Shown here piece after piece: positions 26,040 to 38,149 of a stretch of 64,000 nt of DNA. The translations under genes and the position numbers were made by a program. Each line of letters opens with the position of its first letter. Within the stretch, counting starts at the first letter, position 1. The notes under the pieces are model-generated. The model was not told where the DNA came from and searched no databases. It worked only from the letters and a program-made list of their open reading frames with translations. Source of the DNA: Eukaryota sp. GEM-RC1 (Eukaryota). The DNA lies in assembly GCA_040285855.1 (NCBI GenBank), contig JAUFOQ010000013.1, positions 2,046,001 to 2,110,000 on the forward strand. The letters run 5' to 3'.

Positions 26040-26790
26040 CGAGTTCGCTGCTTTTTTAATGGACCTTTGTAATAGTGGATTTTCTGGATTTATTTCTCAA
26101 ATTCCAAAGGTGTATGTATTACATCTATCTGATGAAGCTTGGATGATCAATATGCGTCTTCGTTTGGCTATTTGGCCTGCAAATTTATTAAACTATTCAA
26201 CTTGCTCTTGTGGAGCTAATGGAGTTTTCCGTCATTTAATTTATTGTCGTTATTGTATTCATCTACGTGCAGTAATTCATGATGGTGTACGTGATTCTTG
26301 TTATTCCAGGTTTAAAGCACATGGTTTTCACTCTAAAGTTGAACCAGTTTTGAATCACCTTTCAGAAAATGAATTTACTGATCAAAAAAGAGGGGATCTA
26401 CATACTCCGTGGCTTAAATCGAGTCAATCATTAATGGATTTTACTACAGTAGATGTATGTAACAAATCTTGTGTTAGTAGGATATTAGATTCTTCTTTTA
26501 ATCCGTTAACAGCTGCTGAAAAGCTCAAACAATCCAAGTTTGACTCTCAAGTAGAAGAATTAAATCGAAACTCATATTCCAAATTTGTGTTTCAACTTTT
26601 TGCTGTTGCGTTTTTTGGATCTATTAGTCCTGCTGGTGATCAATTTTTCAAGGATTTCGAAGAACTGTATAAAGAAAAGAAGCGTAAGTTTCGAAAGTCT
26701 GAGTGGAAAAAGTGTATTGTGTTTTCCATTTATAGGAATATGCATTTCTATTTCTCTCGATATGTTAAACATATGTTGGTACAGCTATGA
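26040..26790 (+). mobile_element. RLE retrotransposon 3' fragment (family C)
   Basis: 'CSCG..RHLIYC..IHDGVRD..VEP..KRGD..DFTTVD..AEKLKQSK'; near-identical to 38385-39110. Confidence 0.9.
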
Positions 26791-27358
26791 AGTCCTCATA
26801 TTTTTTTTATTAAAATCATTTAGTTCCCGTTCTACCCTACGGTATCACATATATAACTATTTTTACGTCAGTTCAAGTCTAAGGATGTAAATTACTTCAA
26901 AACTCAGTTATCATCAGTGTGACTGTTATTCGAAAATCTTCTTTTCCCTATATAATGAGTTTTCCCTCCTTTTTTAAGAAATCTTCGATACACCAAAAGA
27001 AGATGGTGTTTTAACATCAGAGAGATGATTGGAAAGAACACGGATACATTGAGGTACAAGGAAAAAACACATGCTATTGTGTTTGCTCATCTAACAATTT
27101 CGAGTTGGATACACATCTGATGTCTTTTGATCCTTGAAGCAAATTTGTGGACGCTGTTTATTTTTGCAGTAGCCTGGTGGGAGCTTCTTTGTCAGATTCA
27201 ATTGAAGGGTTTGAAGAAAATACACAAAATACAGAATATACGACACAAATCAATGTTAGGATACAGATACAGGATACAGTGTGTCTGTATTTCCTAGGTA
27301 TGTATGAAACCGATACATTCCACTGATGTTCGGTAGTTCATGAAAACTGATATCATTC

Positions 27359-27427
27359 AGTGTCCCAATACAAGCAACTATACGTTTGATACAAGCAAAC
27401 ACTGTTACTTGCTTGTATTGGGACACT
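27359..27427. repeat. Short palindromic element sharing its repeat with the MITE at 42901-43514
   Basis: agtgtcccaatacaagcaa ... ttgcttgtattgggacact. Confidence 0.75.
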
Positions 27428-27447
27428 CTATGATATGTACAATGTAA

Positions 27448-27858
27448 ATGGTTTTTTTAAAAAACTTCATGCCTCGCTTTCCTTCTACTACTCAAGCTCC
27501 AAATCCTCAGTTTCCGGGGTCTAATCCGTTCTCAGACAACCAAGAACATCATCATCTCCAAGAGAAGAAGATACTCCAACCAGAACCCAAGATAATCTTT
27601 GCTGCACCAGAAATATTGTTGGATAGTTCAAGTTCTGATACAGACGACTGTATCGATATTATTCCTGGATATTTTCCCTTCAACTCTACTCCACAGGATT
27701 TGCTTCACGCCAAATTCCATCTTATGCGACTTCTCGACATGTATCCTGAACTTCCTTTCACTGACTTGACCAAGGAACTCGATCGGAAACTTTTCCCTTC
27801 CCCGAAACATACGATAACATTTGGAGACATTGAAGAGTCTGTCAAAACCTACCGATGA
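27448..27858 (+). CDS. Hypothetical ORF in a repeat-rich region
   Basis: 136-aa open frame, Pro/Ser-rich, no recognised motif. Confidence 0.25.
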   Translation: MVFLKNFMPRFPSTTQAPNPQFPGSNPFSDNQEHHHLQEKKILQPEPKIIFAAPEILLDSSSSDTDDCIDIIPGYFPFNSTPQDLLHAKFHLMRLLDMYPELPFTDLTKELDRKLFPSPKHTITFGDIEESVKTYR

Positions 27859-28451
27859 GGAAAAGCTTTCTCGTAAAGTGACTTATCTTGATAATGACCA
27901 ACGTCGTGCAATTGTCGATTTTTGTTCAAAAAATGGTTTCTTTTTTGTAGAAGATGCTTCTCAGGGTTGTGTTTTTGTATGAATCGGTGGTTTTTTGTGC
28001 ATGTGTGTATGCGTTGAATAATGTACATCTTTATTTGATTCCATGTAGTTACAGTCAATATGACCAAAGTCTAAATCTACTATACACAACGTGTTCTCTT
28101 ACTAACGGTTTTTTCGAACATACAAAGCAATAGACGATTTGTGAAAGCATCAATTAATCCTACCACAAAATTGTAACTTATCATTGGTACAAGTATAACA
28201 ACAATTGAAGAATTCGCCAGTTTCCTTTTCTAGACCTATAGTTAACGAATTTATGGAACATCTTTCATTGTGGTACGTAATGCCGAAACATATATATTTT
28301 TGGTACGTTTTGTAGTACGTTTCATCAGTGTCTTAATTAATTACAATTAATTTTTCAATTCGCGATTAGAAATTGTTTCTCTAAAGATCTGGAACACTTC
28401 ATTAGTGCAAAATTGACAAAATTGCTCAGATCTCAGAGCTTTATTATAGTA

Positions 28452-29332
28452 CAGTAAACTCTCTCTAATTGAAACGACTTGGTGAATGGAGTTTCGTTTC
28501 AATTACAGAGAGTTTTCAATTACAGAGAGTTCCTATAAATCTACCCTTAACTAAATATAACATCCACATATATTCCAGAACATCAAATATTTTATTAATT
28601 AGTCTGCCAGAGCAAATTAACAAGACTGATCCACAAAACAAGTACCATGAATGCTCGGACTTAAACAAATGTTATTAGCTTGACTCAAATTAATCATCCC
28701 GCTTTTTAAAAAAGACTTTTACTTAATAACGACAGCACTCATTATACAATGGTACATAGAAAGTGTTTCATTAATATTTCGTAAGGGTGACAAAAAAATG
28801 AACCAATGTTTCTCCCTCTTTTCCCCCAGCACTAATGGAAGATCTATCATAACTTGATTTAGAGCAGTGAAGTCATTAAACTAATGTATTGGAACACAAT
28901 TGGAGAAAATTTTCAATCAATGATTCAGTTCTTTTTTTGAGGAAAGGTTCTACAGTTAACAGTTTCTGTATTTTCATCATCTTCAAAATATTGACGAGCA
29001 TGCTTCTGTATTTGACTTTTGGTTGATGTTCAGTATTGTGTGCGGTATATTGAAGTTGATGATGGGAAAAACCAGAAGAGTACTGTAGAATTTATGAAAA
29101 ACAACAACGTCTTCCTCTTTCTCCACACTAACATCATTATATGGCAGCTAGCTATAGATGCGCCACCCAGAAAACAGCGTAACAATGACTTCAATGTTTC
29201 AATTAGGTCTCAAAACACTGTTTCAATTGTTGCAATTTTCAATTTGGTATTGTTTTACTCGGTGGCATGGGTTTTTGTTGCAATTTCAGAGAGTTTTCAA
29301 TTACAGGGGTTGCAATTAGAGAGAGTATACTG
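28452..29332. mobile_element. Non-autonomous pogo/Tigger-like element, copy 1
   Basis: TA-flanked TIRs cagtaaactctctctaattg / caattagagagagtatactg; inverted copy at 39488-40363. Confidence 0.9.
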
Positions 29333-29861
29333 TAATAGAAAAGTGGTTTGCATCCTGAATATCGTACCGTAAGCACTTTGTGTTTACGGTACGATCGTTT
29401 GCTAATCTACAGCGGAGGGTTGGAAAGTTCTAACTGTTACACCACCAAATAAGATATTTGGATGAATGGTCCCTGTTTCTCGTTTAAGGAAACATTTATG
29501 GAGTTTTGAGATAGTTAACGTTTGTACCTCATCATCTGAACCCTATTAACAATTGCCCAAGGAGTATTAGAATCAATAATAATAGTTGTACTGACAGAAC
29601 AATGGATTCCATCAAAGGAACAAAGTGTCGCTCTTTGAACTGCACAACAGTTGCAACAAGTGACTACTGCAGTAGCAAGAACAATCAATCGATGATCTTG
29701 AAATAATTGTTCCACAAATTTTCGATCGCTAATACAGAACCAAGTCCAGAACCTTCTCAAGGAAGTACACGTTTTTGAGATCTATATCGTGCAGGTAACA
29801 TCAAGTTCCATATACTCATATGGAAGGGTTTATAGAATGCACCAATAATAGTACAAAAAGC

Positions 29862-29932
29862 TGCGTGAACCGGGAATCGAACCCGGGTCATCTGCTTGGA
29901 AGGCAGGCATACTACCATTGTACTATTCACGC
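29862..29932 (-). tRNA. tRNA-Gly(TCC)
   Basis: GCGTGAATAGTACAATGGTAGTATGCCTGCCTTCCAAGCAGATGACCCGGGTTCGATTCCCGGTTCACGCA: 7-bp acceptor stem, GTTCGA T-loop, TCC anticodon, followed by a T5 Pol III terminator. Confidence 0.95.
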
Positions 29933-30540
29933 GCTGAGGAACATTACCGGTACAATCGCGATTACTTCTTCTGAGTTGGGTTTAGCTGTGATGAGTAATG
30001 AGTCAGTATTATCGCACGCCGTAGTAACGGTCGATTTAAAAACAAGAAAAGCATACCAAACGCGATTAACGTTAAGAACGTTATTAAAGGGGTTATGATG
30101 ACGTCATTCGCGATTATGATTACGCGATGACGACGATAGGGGTTATAGGGGGAAATGATCCATATAAGCGATCTGAAGCACGTCTTATGACCACAAAAAC
30201 TAAGTACAATGTACTAGTACTTTATTAATCATATTGGAAACTAATAATTTTATGTTATAAATTAGCGAAATACAAACAACTAGTACTTAAAAGATATTAA
30301 ATGATCCACATCTACTCTTGAACTACCACGATACAATTTGTCTAGAATACGATTCAAATACTTTGGGAAACTTCTATACAAGGAAAAAACAATGCGATTG
30401 CGCCAAAGAGACTGATTAAAATTTTTCCTATGGTCACGGCACAACTTTGAAAAGGCATCAAAGAATTTAAATCATATTGGAATATTCTATTTAAAATACC
30501 TGATAAGTTATCATTTCCGCCATTTAAGGAAATGACTTAA

Positions 30541-32724
30541 TCAGCTAAAATTCCTCGACCTATCATTATAGTAAACAACTAACTGTTTGGCGCCATTGGA
30601 TGCTAATTCCAATTTGATCCAAACATATTTGGATACTTTTGGATCATAATCGATGGTTCTTTCAAGTATTTCTTTCAGAGAAATACTTGACTGACCTAAC
30701 CAGTACAGTCTAACACTATTAAGTTTGTAAACTGAGTATCTTTTACCATCCTCCGATACGAAATCCAACATCATTGTTCTTATAACTGTAGCGGTTCCTG
30801 CAGCACTAGCTTTTGGTAATTCTCCCCCCTTTGTGCAATTTAGCATAGTTGCAAAATACACGGACAAAATAATAATACAATACAGAATACAAAAAATACA
30901 GAATACAAAAATACAGTACAGATACAGAATACAAATACAATACAGAATACTGTATTAGGTGTATTTTTTCTTACAATTGCAAGTATTAAACTAAGTGTAT
31001 TGAGTCCAACGACTGCAAATGTGATTGATCTTCAATAGACCTCTTCGGTACGCATTCGTAGACTTCTTAGTATTTATCAAAGCAGTTGTTCTTTCGATTC
31101 TAAAATGTACCGAGGGTTCAAATGTTCATTTTCACGGAAAGGACTTACGTGGAGTTATACATGTATAAAATGTGACTTTGTACACTTTTTGTCTCGTCCA
31201 TTACTTGTAAATCGTCTTAATAGACCGCTTGTAGGTAAAAAAGTGTAAACTCGAAATCATAGTCTCCAAAGACTACACGTACATCTTCAAAACAGGATCA
31301 AACTGAGTGTCGTGCAGCTAATCTCATCAGGTCTTTGAATCTTCATCACTAACTGACAGTAGTGAAACTAGATTGCACAACTTCACACGGTTTGCTGTTT
31401 TCAATACTTTAGAATGAACATTATTAAGCGTTTCTAAATTTTCGTTACTTGACTTTGATCGGTGTTTAGTCATCTAACAGACGCCATTGACGTTGAGCAG
31501 ACAATTGTACTAACTTAGTATTTCTGCAAGTTCTAAAAATATACATAGACCAATTGTACCAAACAATAGTACAATTGTTCAGCAAGATCCGCTGTTGAGT
31601 GTTTTTCTCATTTACTTCAGTCATTTTCATCAATTAAAGGGATTTTCGGGCTGATAAAAAATACAAAAATTACAAATACATAATACACTTTTCCACAAAA
31701 AATACAATACATAATACAAAAAAATACATAATACAAAAAAATACTGTATTTTGTATTTTGCAACTATGCAATTTAGAACCATGCTACACTGTGGATCGAA
31801 AAATTGACCTAAGTAAATGACTGCGCGTTCAAGAACATGAAGCATTAACGAGCATTTGTCTGAGTTTCCAACAGTGTCCAAACCATCTTCATCAAAGTAA
31901 ATCAGAATTTTGAAATTTTGATTGACTGATGTGATTGACTAATGCGATTGGCTGCTGTCCAAGACATTCGTGGAAGTTTTTGTTCTTCTGTGATTGAATT
32001 TTTGCAGCAAGTTTACCTTTTGCTTTTGTTAGATGTGTAGTGAATCTACATGGATCTCCGGTTGTGGAAATTTGAGTCGTAGACATTCCACAATAAAATT
32101 CGTTGGCTGGTCTCCCAACATAAACATAATAGCGTCGACCATCTTCTGCCACATCGAGATCATCCCAAATTTCGTTAGCCTTTTTTAAATTTCTTCTAGC
32201 TACGGCATCAACAAAGGACCAGCAATCCAATGTTTCGATCCATTTCTGGACTATATACTGATATTTCGAATCAAATTTCTTCGGACCATCGGTAGCAGAT
32301 ACACTGGAAACATCAAAAGCATCCACAACACTGTAGCAGATCATACATTCGTATCATCTTGGTCATGTCATTTTGTTCATTTAAATCTTCGCCTGATGTA
32401 AAAAGAAGAAGAGATGATTGAATATAGGTTTCCTTCATCATTCTTTGTTGAAAGAAGATAAGCCAGAACACGCTGATATACATCTGCGTCGTCTGTTGAC
32501 AAGAAAGATGACTCAAAGCAAGTTTTCTTCCAAGTAGGTTCAGTAACAGATGGTGACGTTCTTTTTGAGAGAGTAGGTTCATTCTCTTCAACAGATAGTG
32601 ATGGCTGAGATAGAGTAATGGATTGTCGTAAAGAGAAAGAATCAAATTTGATTGACGAAATGATCGGTTGAACTTCGATTTCAAACAAACTTAAGTCTTC
32701 AGAGTTTTTGAAAATGATCTCAAT
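30541..32724 (-). pseudogene. GIY-YIG endonuclease gene disrupted by hAT insertions and frameshifts
   Basis: 'YYVYVG..FYCGMS..RFTTHL' ... 'NFKILIY..LHVLERAVI..MVLNC|TKGG'. Removing 30844-31768 plus one TSD joins ORFs 31630-31881 and 30541-30867 in frame. Confidence 0.6.
30844..31768. mobile_element. Non-autonomous hAT-type element
   Basis: TIRs catagttgcaaaatac / gtattttgcaactatg; 8-bp TSD CAATTTAG (30836-30843, 31769-31776); AATACA subterminal repeats. Confidence 0.9.
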
Positions 32725-33815
32725 TAGAGTTGGCAAACGACGCGACGAGTCATGACTTTTCATGACGTGACGCGACTTGAAGTCACGTCGACTTGGGTTT
32801 TGTGACGACGTCATGATGTCGTTGTGACTTTTGAGTCTGTTTATTTATACAGTCAACTCTCTATAAGTGCACACACTCTATAAGTGCACACCCCCAAACG
32901 TGTGCATTTATAGAGAGTTGACTGTACTCTTTTTTGTATTTGATGATGGGTTTTGTGTTACACATGGGTGCTATTTTAGTCCTTCTCTTTTATAAAAATG
33001 ACAGATATCATTGTGTGACTCATAGTTTGGTCACTAGAATATATAATAAAATCAGTGCTGCTTCAAATTATTACATAAATGCGTTTATCAAGCTTCTCAG
33101 TGTTTGCAACTCCGGAAGTTCATGTTCGTAATGAAGAGGTCTTATTATTTGCAGCAACAGTTGAAGAAGGCCGCCAATTAATTGAACGTCGAAGGAGTAC
33201 GAATAGTTGATAGATGTTGCACACTACTGAAGAATGCGCAACTGTCATGTCAATCGTAAAAATTGTCAAACCTTTGCTATCACTAGCGACAAAAGTGTCT
33301 GCTTCTTATCTTGTGTTATCTGTTGCTGTCCATGGCCTTTTCAGATTACTTAACAATTTGAGACAATTACAAGCAGATCAGTACTTAGTGCAAATAATGT
33401 GTCAAATCACAGCAAAAACAATGATTGAAACATTTGAGAAGAATGAACCGTTTATGTCTGATTGGGAGGCACATTACCTGAGACTCCCCGTGCTTGAGAT
33501 TATGGCTTGTGACTTTTTGTGCATCCAAGCAACACCCATACCAAGTGACAGGTTGTTTAGACAAGCAGGGTTCACAGTTACTGATAGAAAAACTAGTTTG
33601 AGTTCCAGTTCTGTACGATCACAGCTTTGTTTGAACTCATGGGACGATTTGTAGCCACTAGAATTTTTGGAAATACAGTATGTCTATATCTACTTCAAAA
33701 GTCCTGTAACGATGACGATGACATGACTTGACTTGACTTGACGATGACGTGACTTGTTTTTGTTGGAAGTCACGTCACGTCGACTCTGACCAGACGTCGT
33801 CATTTGCCAACTCTA
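32725..33815 (+). mobile_element. Internally deleted hAT transposon
   Basis: TIRs tagagttggcaaa / tttgccaactcta; 8-bp TSD ATCTCAAT; hAT dimerisation remnant 'LPVLEIMACDFLCIQATPIPSDRLFRQAG..LCLNSW' (33214-33654). Confidence 0.92.
32850..32924. mobile_element. 75-bp pogo-like MITE nested in the hAT element
   Basis: TA-cagtcaactctctataa...ttatagagagttgactg-TA. Confidence 0.85.
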
Positions 33816-34344
33816 ATCTCAATCATGTAATCACCAGGGACTTACACACAGCCACAAAATTGAAATAAAAAAGTTTCATCTGAGATCATTTAGTGTGTGC
33901 TGATACGAATGGAATTGTTCAATACGATTTGATCTCTTCGTAACAAATTGACAGACTCATCTTTTTGTTCATGATGGATTCACGAGAAAGGTTTGTGATC
34001 GGGAGATTTGGTGAATAGCACTTCGTCGATTTCAAATGAAAATATCCGTCTTTTGGGTGGATTTCCATCTATTAAAAAATGATTTGGATTTGTGATAGAT
34101 TCTGCACTAAATCAAGTTGTTCAATATTGTTAAATCACATTAAATTTAACTCTACCTACACACAAATCAAAAACTCTCAATAACAAACGCTATTGGTTTT
34201 GCTTCAACAATTTCTGTTTAAAAGTCCATCTTAGTCGTCCTTTCAGTCACATTTACATTTGATTTCCAAGTCAGGGGTTTGGGTTTAGGATATATACACA
34301 GACTCGTTTTGACTCAAAATGACTTTCCAGCCAAAAATTCTCGG

Positions 34345-34760
34345 AATTCTGAAAAGCTCAAACATTCCAAGTGTGACTCTCAAGTAGAAGAAGAATTAAA
34401 TCGAAAATCATATTCCAAATTTGTGTTTCAACCTTTTGCTGTTTCTCTTTTTGGATCTATTAGTCCTGCTGGTGATCAACTCTTCAAGCATTTCGAAGAC
34501 ATTTGTCAAGAAAAGAAGCATAAGTTTAGAATGGCTGAATGGAAAAACCGTATAGTGTTTTCCCTATTACGAAACATGCCTTTCTATTTTTCTCGATTAA
34601 TTAAGAAATTGTACAAGTTTGGTGTGAAGGTTAATGTTGAAAAACGTAATCTTTTACCAGATAGGGATGAAGTCGTTTGGATTTAGACTTTTTATTATTT
34701 GTATGTTTTTACAAATTCATAGTTTTGTAGGAAGGTTACCTTTTGGATACCGAATAAAGA
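34345..34760 (+). mobile_element. 3' end of retrotransposon family C
   Basis: 'EKLKHSK..FVFQPFAVSLFG..EWKNRIVFS'; matches the copies at 26510 and 38860. Confidence 0.85.
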
Positions 34761-34962
34761 TTCTCAGAAAAGAACTACATCGAAAGGAATTCTGACATTA
34801 GATACAATAGACCAACATTACTTTAATAATAGTACAATCAAATAGGCAACAACTTAAAAATGTGCTAATACATACACAAACAAGCTGTTTGAAACGACAC
34901 TAAAAAGTTTTATGAAAATCATTCCGCTTTTCTAAAAAAAATCCAAAATGATAATAAATTTA

Positions 34963-36997
34963 CTATTGCATCAACCTTTTTTCAATAACTGGCAGACCAA
35001 TGCAATCAGATATACACTTACAAAATAGATCAACGTCATTTGCTGAAAAACCACATAAATCCAGCGTTCTAGAACAAGAAACTATCGAGAAAAGCAAATC
35101 TTGATGACGTAATTCTGAAGGAAGTTTGTTGACGTCTGAACCACCATGCCATCTTCCTCGAATTAGGCAAGTACAATCACTAAAAGCGATCCTTTTCATC
35201 TTACGATCTGAGATTAGTTGAAAAAAAGAAAATTTCTAGGAAAATTGTATCAGCAATAGGAACAATCCATGTACTTTTCTTGTTTTCCATGCAAAACTTG
35301 AAAAATAAAACAAACCTTGACCAGCTTTGACAACTTGCCAAACCAAACACCTTTCATCAAAAGACATGTAAAAATGTCTCTTATGAGGTTTTGAGGCAAT
35401 CACCTTTTACCTAAACCTTTCATAAAGATAAAACCCTTTTTAAATACAGAACTGAGTGACAAGATTGACTGTTGTTGAGCTGTATCAACCACGTGATCAA
35501 TAAAAGAGCTCAGAAAATCACTGACTGTCTTGTATGATAACTGATAGTCCGTGATAGTGTCTTCCACGTGATAGAAATCAATCATGTCTGCTAGAGGTCG
35601 TTTCCGCCTGGGAGTTTTGGAAACCCTTAAAGAGCTCAGTAATTGATTGGTTTCCGATTGAGTAGGGGATTGATTGGATTTAAAATCCAAACTAGGAATA
35701 TCAACAGTATTTGAATCATTAAAATTTGAATTATTGGCAGTTTCTTCTTTAAATTTCTTTGGAGTACTGTCCAATTGAACGTCATCGAGATCAAGCGAAT
35801 CATCAGAATAATTCTTATCGGAAATTCTAGAATTATTAGAAATTGTGGAGAAATTTGAAGAATTGAAATCCTTTTCTTCTCCGGTCTCTGGACTTGAGAT
35901 TTTCAAATGGTTATACAAACGTGGTCCAACCTTATTAAACTGCTGTTTCAGGCGAGAAGTAGGGATCATGGGAGTGGATTTACGTGATTTTGATTTTAAA
36001 CACTTATGTTCTGGTCTTTTAGGAGTATCCTCTTTTCAAAATTCACAGGTTTTTCAACCACATTTACGTGTTTAGATCCAACACGTGGTTTTGACCTGAC
36101 AGACGGAATTCCTGCCCGTTCTAGAACTTTAGATTGTACTTTAGGTTTGGATTTGGAAACTCGTGACGTGTCCTTGACTACTGTCACGTCATCGACACTC
36201 GGACGTTCTAAATGTTGATACTCACTTTTAAATGAATTTTCTAATAATCTTTTCTTGGGAGAATCACATCGTTTCCTTGACTTTGATAAGGGTGAGTAAT
36301 TAGGGTTATTAACTGGGGTCGAAAATACAACAGGAGAAGAAGTATTCGGAATTGATTGATCACATGGTCGATTAGATTGATTGACCGGGACATCATCATC
36401 AAAAGTAATAACGCGAGGATGAGAAACTGGACTGTTATCTTGAACAGGATCTTCAACAGTTTTTGGGATGCTGCTTGGGCCCGAGACAGGTGACCAGCAG
36501 TTGTCAACGACAGAGGGAATAGTATTAGTAGGAGAGGAGTTGACAAAGAGAGAAGGTTTAGAAGGAAGAAAAGGAGAATCATTAGCAAAATCAAACTCTG
36601 GTGGGGATTTGTTACGGAGACGGGGCGGTCCAATAAAAGTAGAAGGGAGATCAGTTGGCGAGAGCATATCGGAAAAGTCGAATAGGGATTCATCATAGCT
36701 AAGAGAGTCAGATTCATGATGCAGTGATGGAGAAGTGTATGTAGAGAGAGTGGGGGAGAGATGAGATGACAGAGATAAAGAGTCAAAGTCAAGATCAACA
36801 AAGTGAGCTGTGTTGATAAGAAGTTGCATGTCTGAGAGTTTTTCTATTGTGTTACCTTGTGAAGTGATGTATTGGACTTGTAATGGAAGTTCAGAAATGA
36901 ACCATTTAGAGTAAGGTTGCGAGGAGTCTAACGAAGGTCTTGCAAGAAGCTCAAGGGACGAACATCGACCAGTCAGAAGAACAGAAAGTTCATCCAT
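34963..36997 (-). CDS. Ser/Pro-rich protein with C-terminal PH domain
   Basis: ORFs 35996-36997, 35400-35969 and 34963-35199. Intron 35208-35315 gives 'KPHKRHFYMSFDERCLVWQVVKAGQDRKMKRIAFSD..LFSIVSCSRTLDL'. Confidence 0.65.
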
Positions 36998-37035
36998 GGA
37001 AGATCGTTACTGAGTTTCTCAATTTTCTTCTACTA

Positions 37036-37862
37036 ATGTTCAACGGACCAGAATTGGGATCTGTAACTGACGACAACAGCAAGGGCACTTCTTCAGTCGT
37101 ATCTCTTCCTCCAGAAGTATACATGCGCTTAGATTTCATCAAGAAAGTGTACGTAAGTAAACCTGCAGCTATATTGACCGCAGATATGCGATACTCACAT
37201 GTCAACTCATTGTCACTGCTGCAATTTCTTCCGCAATTTCTACCTCAGACCCTGAATGGATTGAACATAATTTCGGTCTCTTCTGGCTGGCTTTCATTGG
37301 TTCTCTCGTCACTCTTTGCACTCTCTTTGTATTCAAGAACAGCTCCCCCTTGAACTTGGTATGCGTTCTTCTTGTTGACCGTAGGTGATTCTTGGTATTT
37401 TCACTGTCTTTGAAAGTGTTTTGATTGGTTTTATCATTTCCATGTATGAGCAGTCAGTCGTAAACCAGGCTGTGCTGGCCACTGCTGTTCTTTTCATTGG
37501 ATTGACGGTCTATGCTTTTACTACCAAGAAGGATTATTCAATGAGTCGAGGAATGATGTGGGCAGCTTGTTTGGGACTTATTTCAATGATGCTGATGAAC
37601 ATCATCTTCAGAAGCAGTGCCCTCGATCTCCTTATTGGATATGTTGGTGTGATCGTCTTTTCATTCTTCATCATTGTTGACACTCAGTTCATCATGAAGC
37701 GTTGTGATTTGGACGATTATGGTTTGTTCATTCTTTCTACTTACTTACTCTAGTTATAGGAGCTATCGAATTGTGTGTAGAGTCTTTATTTTATTTAACC
37801 TTAGGTATTTGGATATTATCAATCTGTTCTTGTATTTACTGAAGATGATTTTTAACAGATAA
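37036..37862 (+). CDS. Bax inhibitor-1/TMBIM (Lifeguard-like) membrane protein, 4 introns
   Basis: Splicing 37149-37183, 37359-37384, 37722-37753 and 37773-37804 yields 'RLDFIKKVYAILTCQL..PLNL..IIVDTQFIM..DDYVIGAIELYLDIINLFLYLLK'. Confidence 0.92.
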
Positions 37863-38149
37863 TTGCTCAACGATATTTTCAGAACAAAATGGTTTTTTCT
37901 TTAATGTTTTTACTTGTATAAATCGATTTCTTTCCGTGTGTTGCTCAAATCAAGCTTGACAGATTGGAAAGAAATTTATAACTAAGAAAACCCAAATTAA
38001 TAGATGCAATAGCCACATCATCAGTTTCAAGAAATTTTAGTCAACAGATGTTATTGTTGGAAATCAACGTTATTATCAACATCTTTTTTGTTGTTAGTGC
38101 GAAGGAATCTTCAAGTCAGTGAACGTAAACTTGTAAGGTGTTCCTATTC

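Noticed and set aside
29515..29760. 'DRKFVEQLFQDHRLIVLAT' resembles a Ski2-like helicase C-terminal motif
   Set aside because: Flanking helicase motifs are absent; too short to support a call.
29820..30098. 92-aa ORF overlapping the tRNA
   Set aside because: Antisense shadow of tRNA-Gly with no protein features.
30868..30970. AATACA-type simple repeats as telomeric or satellite DNA
   Set aside because: They are subterminal repeats inside the TSD-bounded element 30844-31768.
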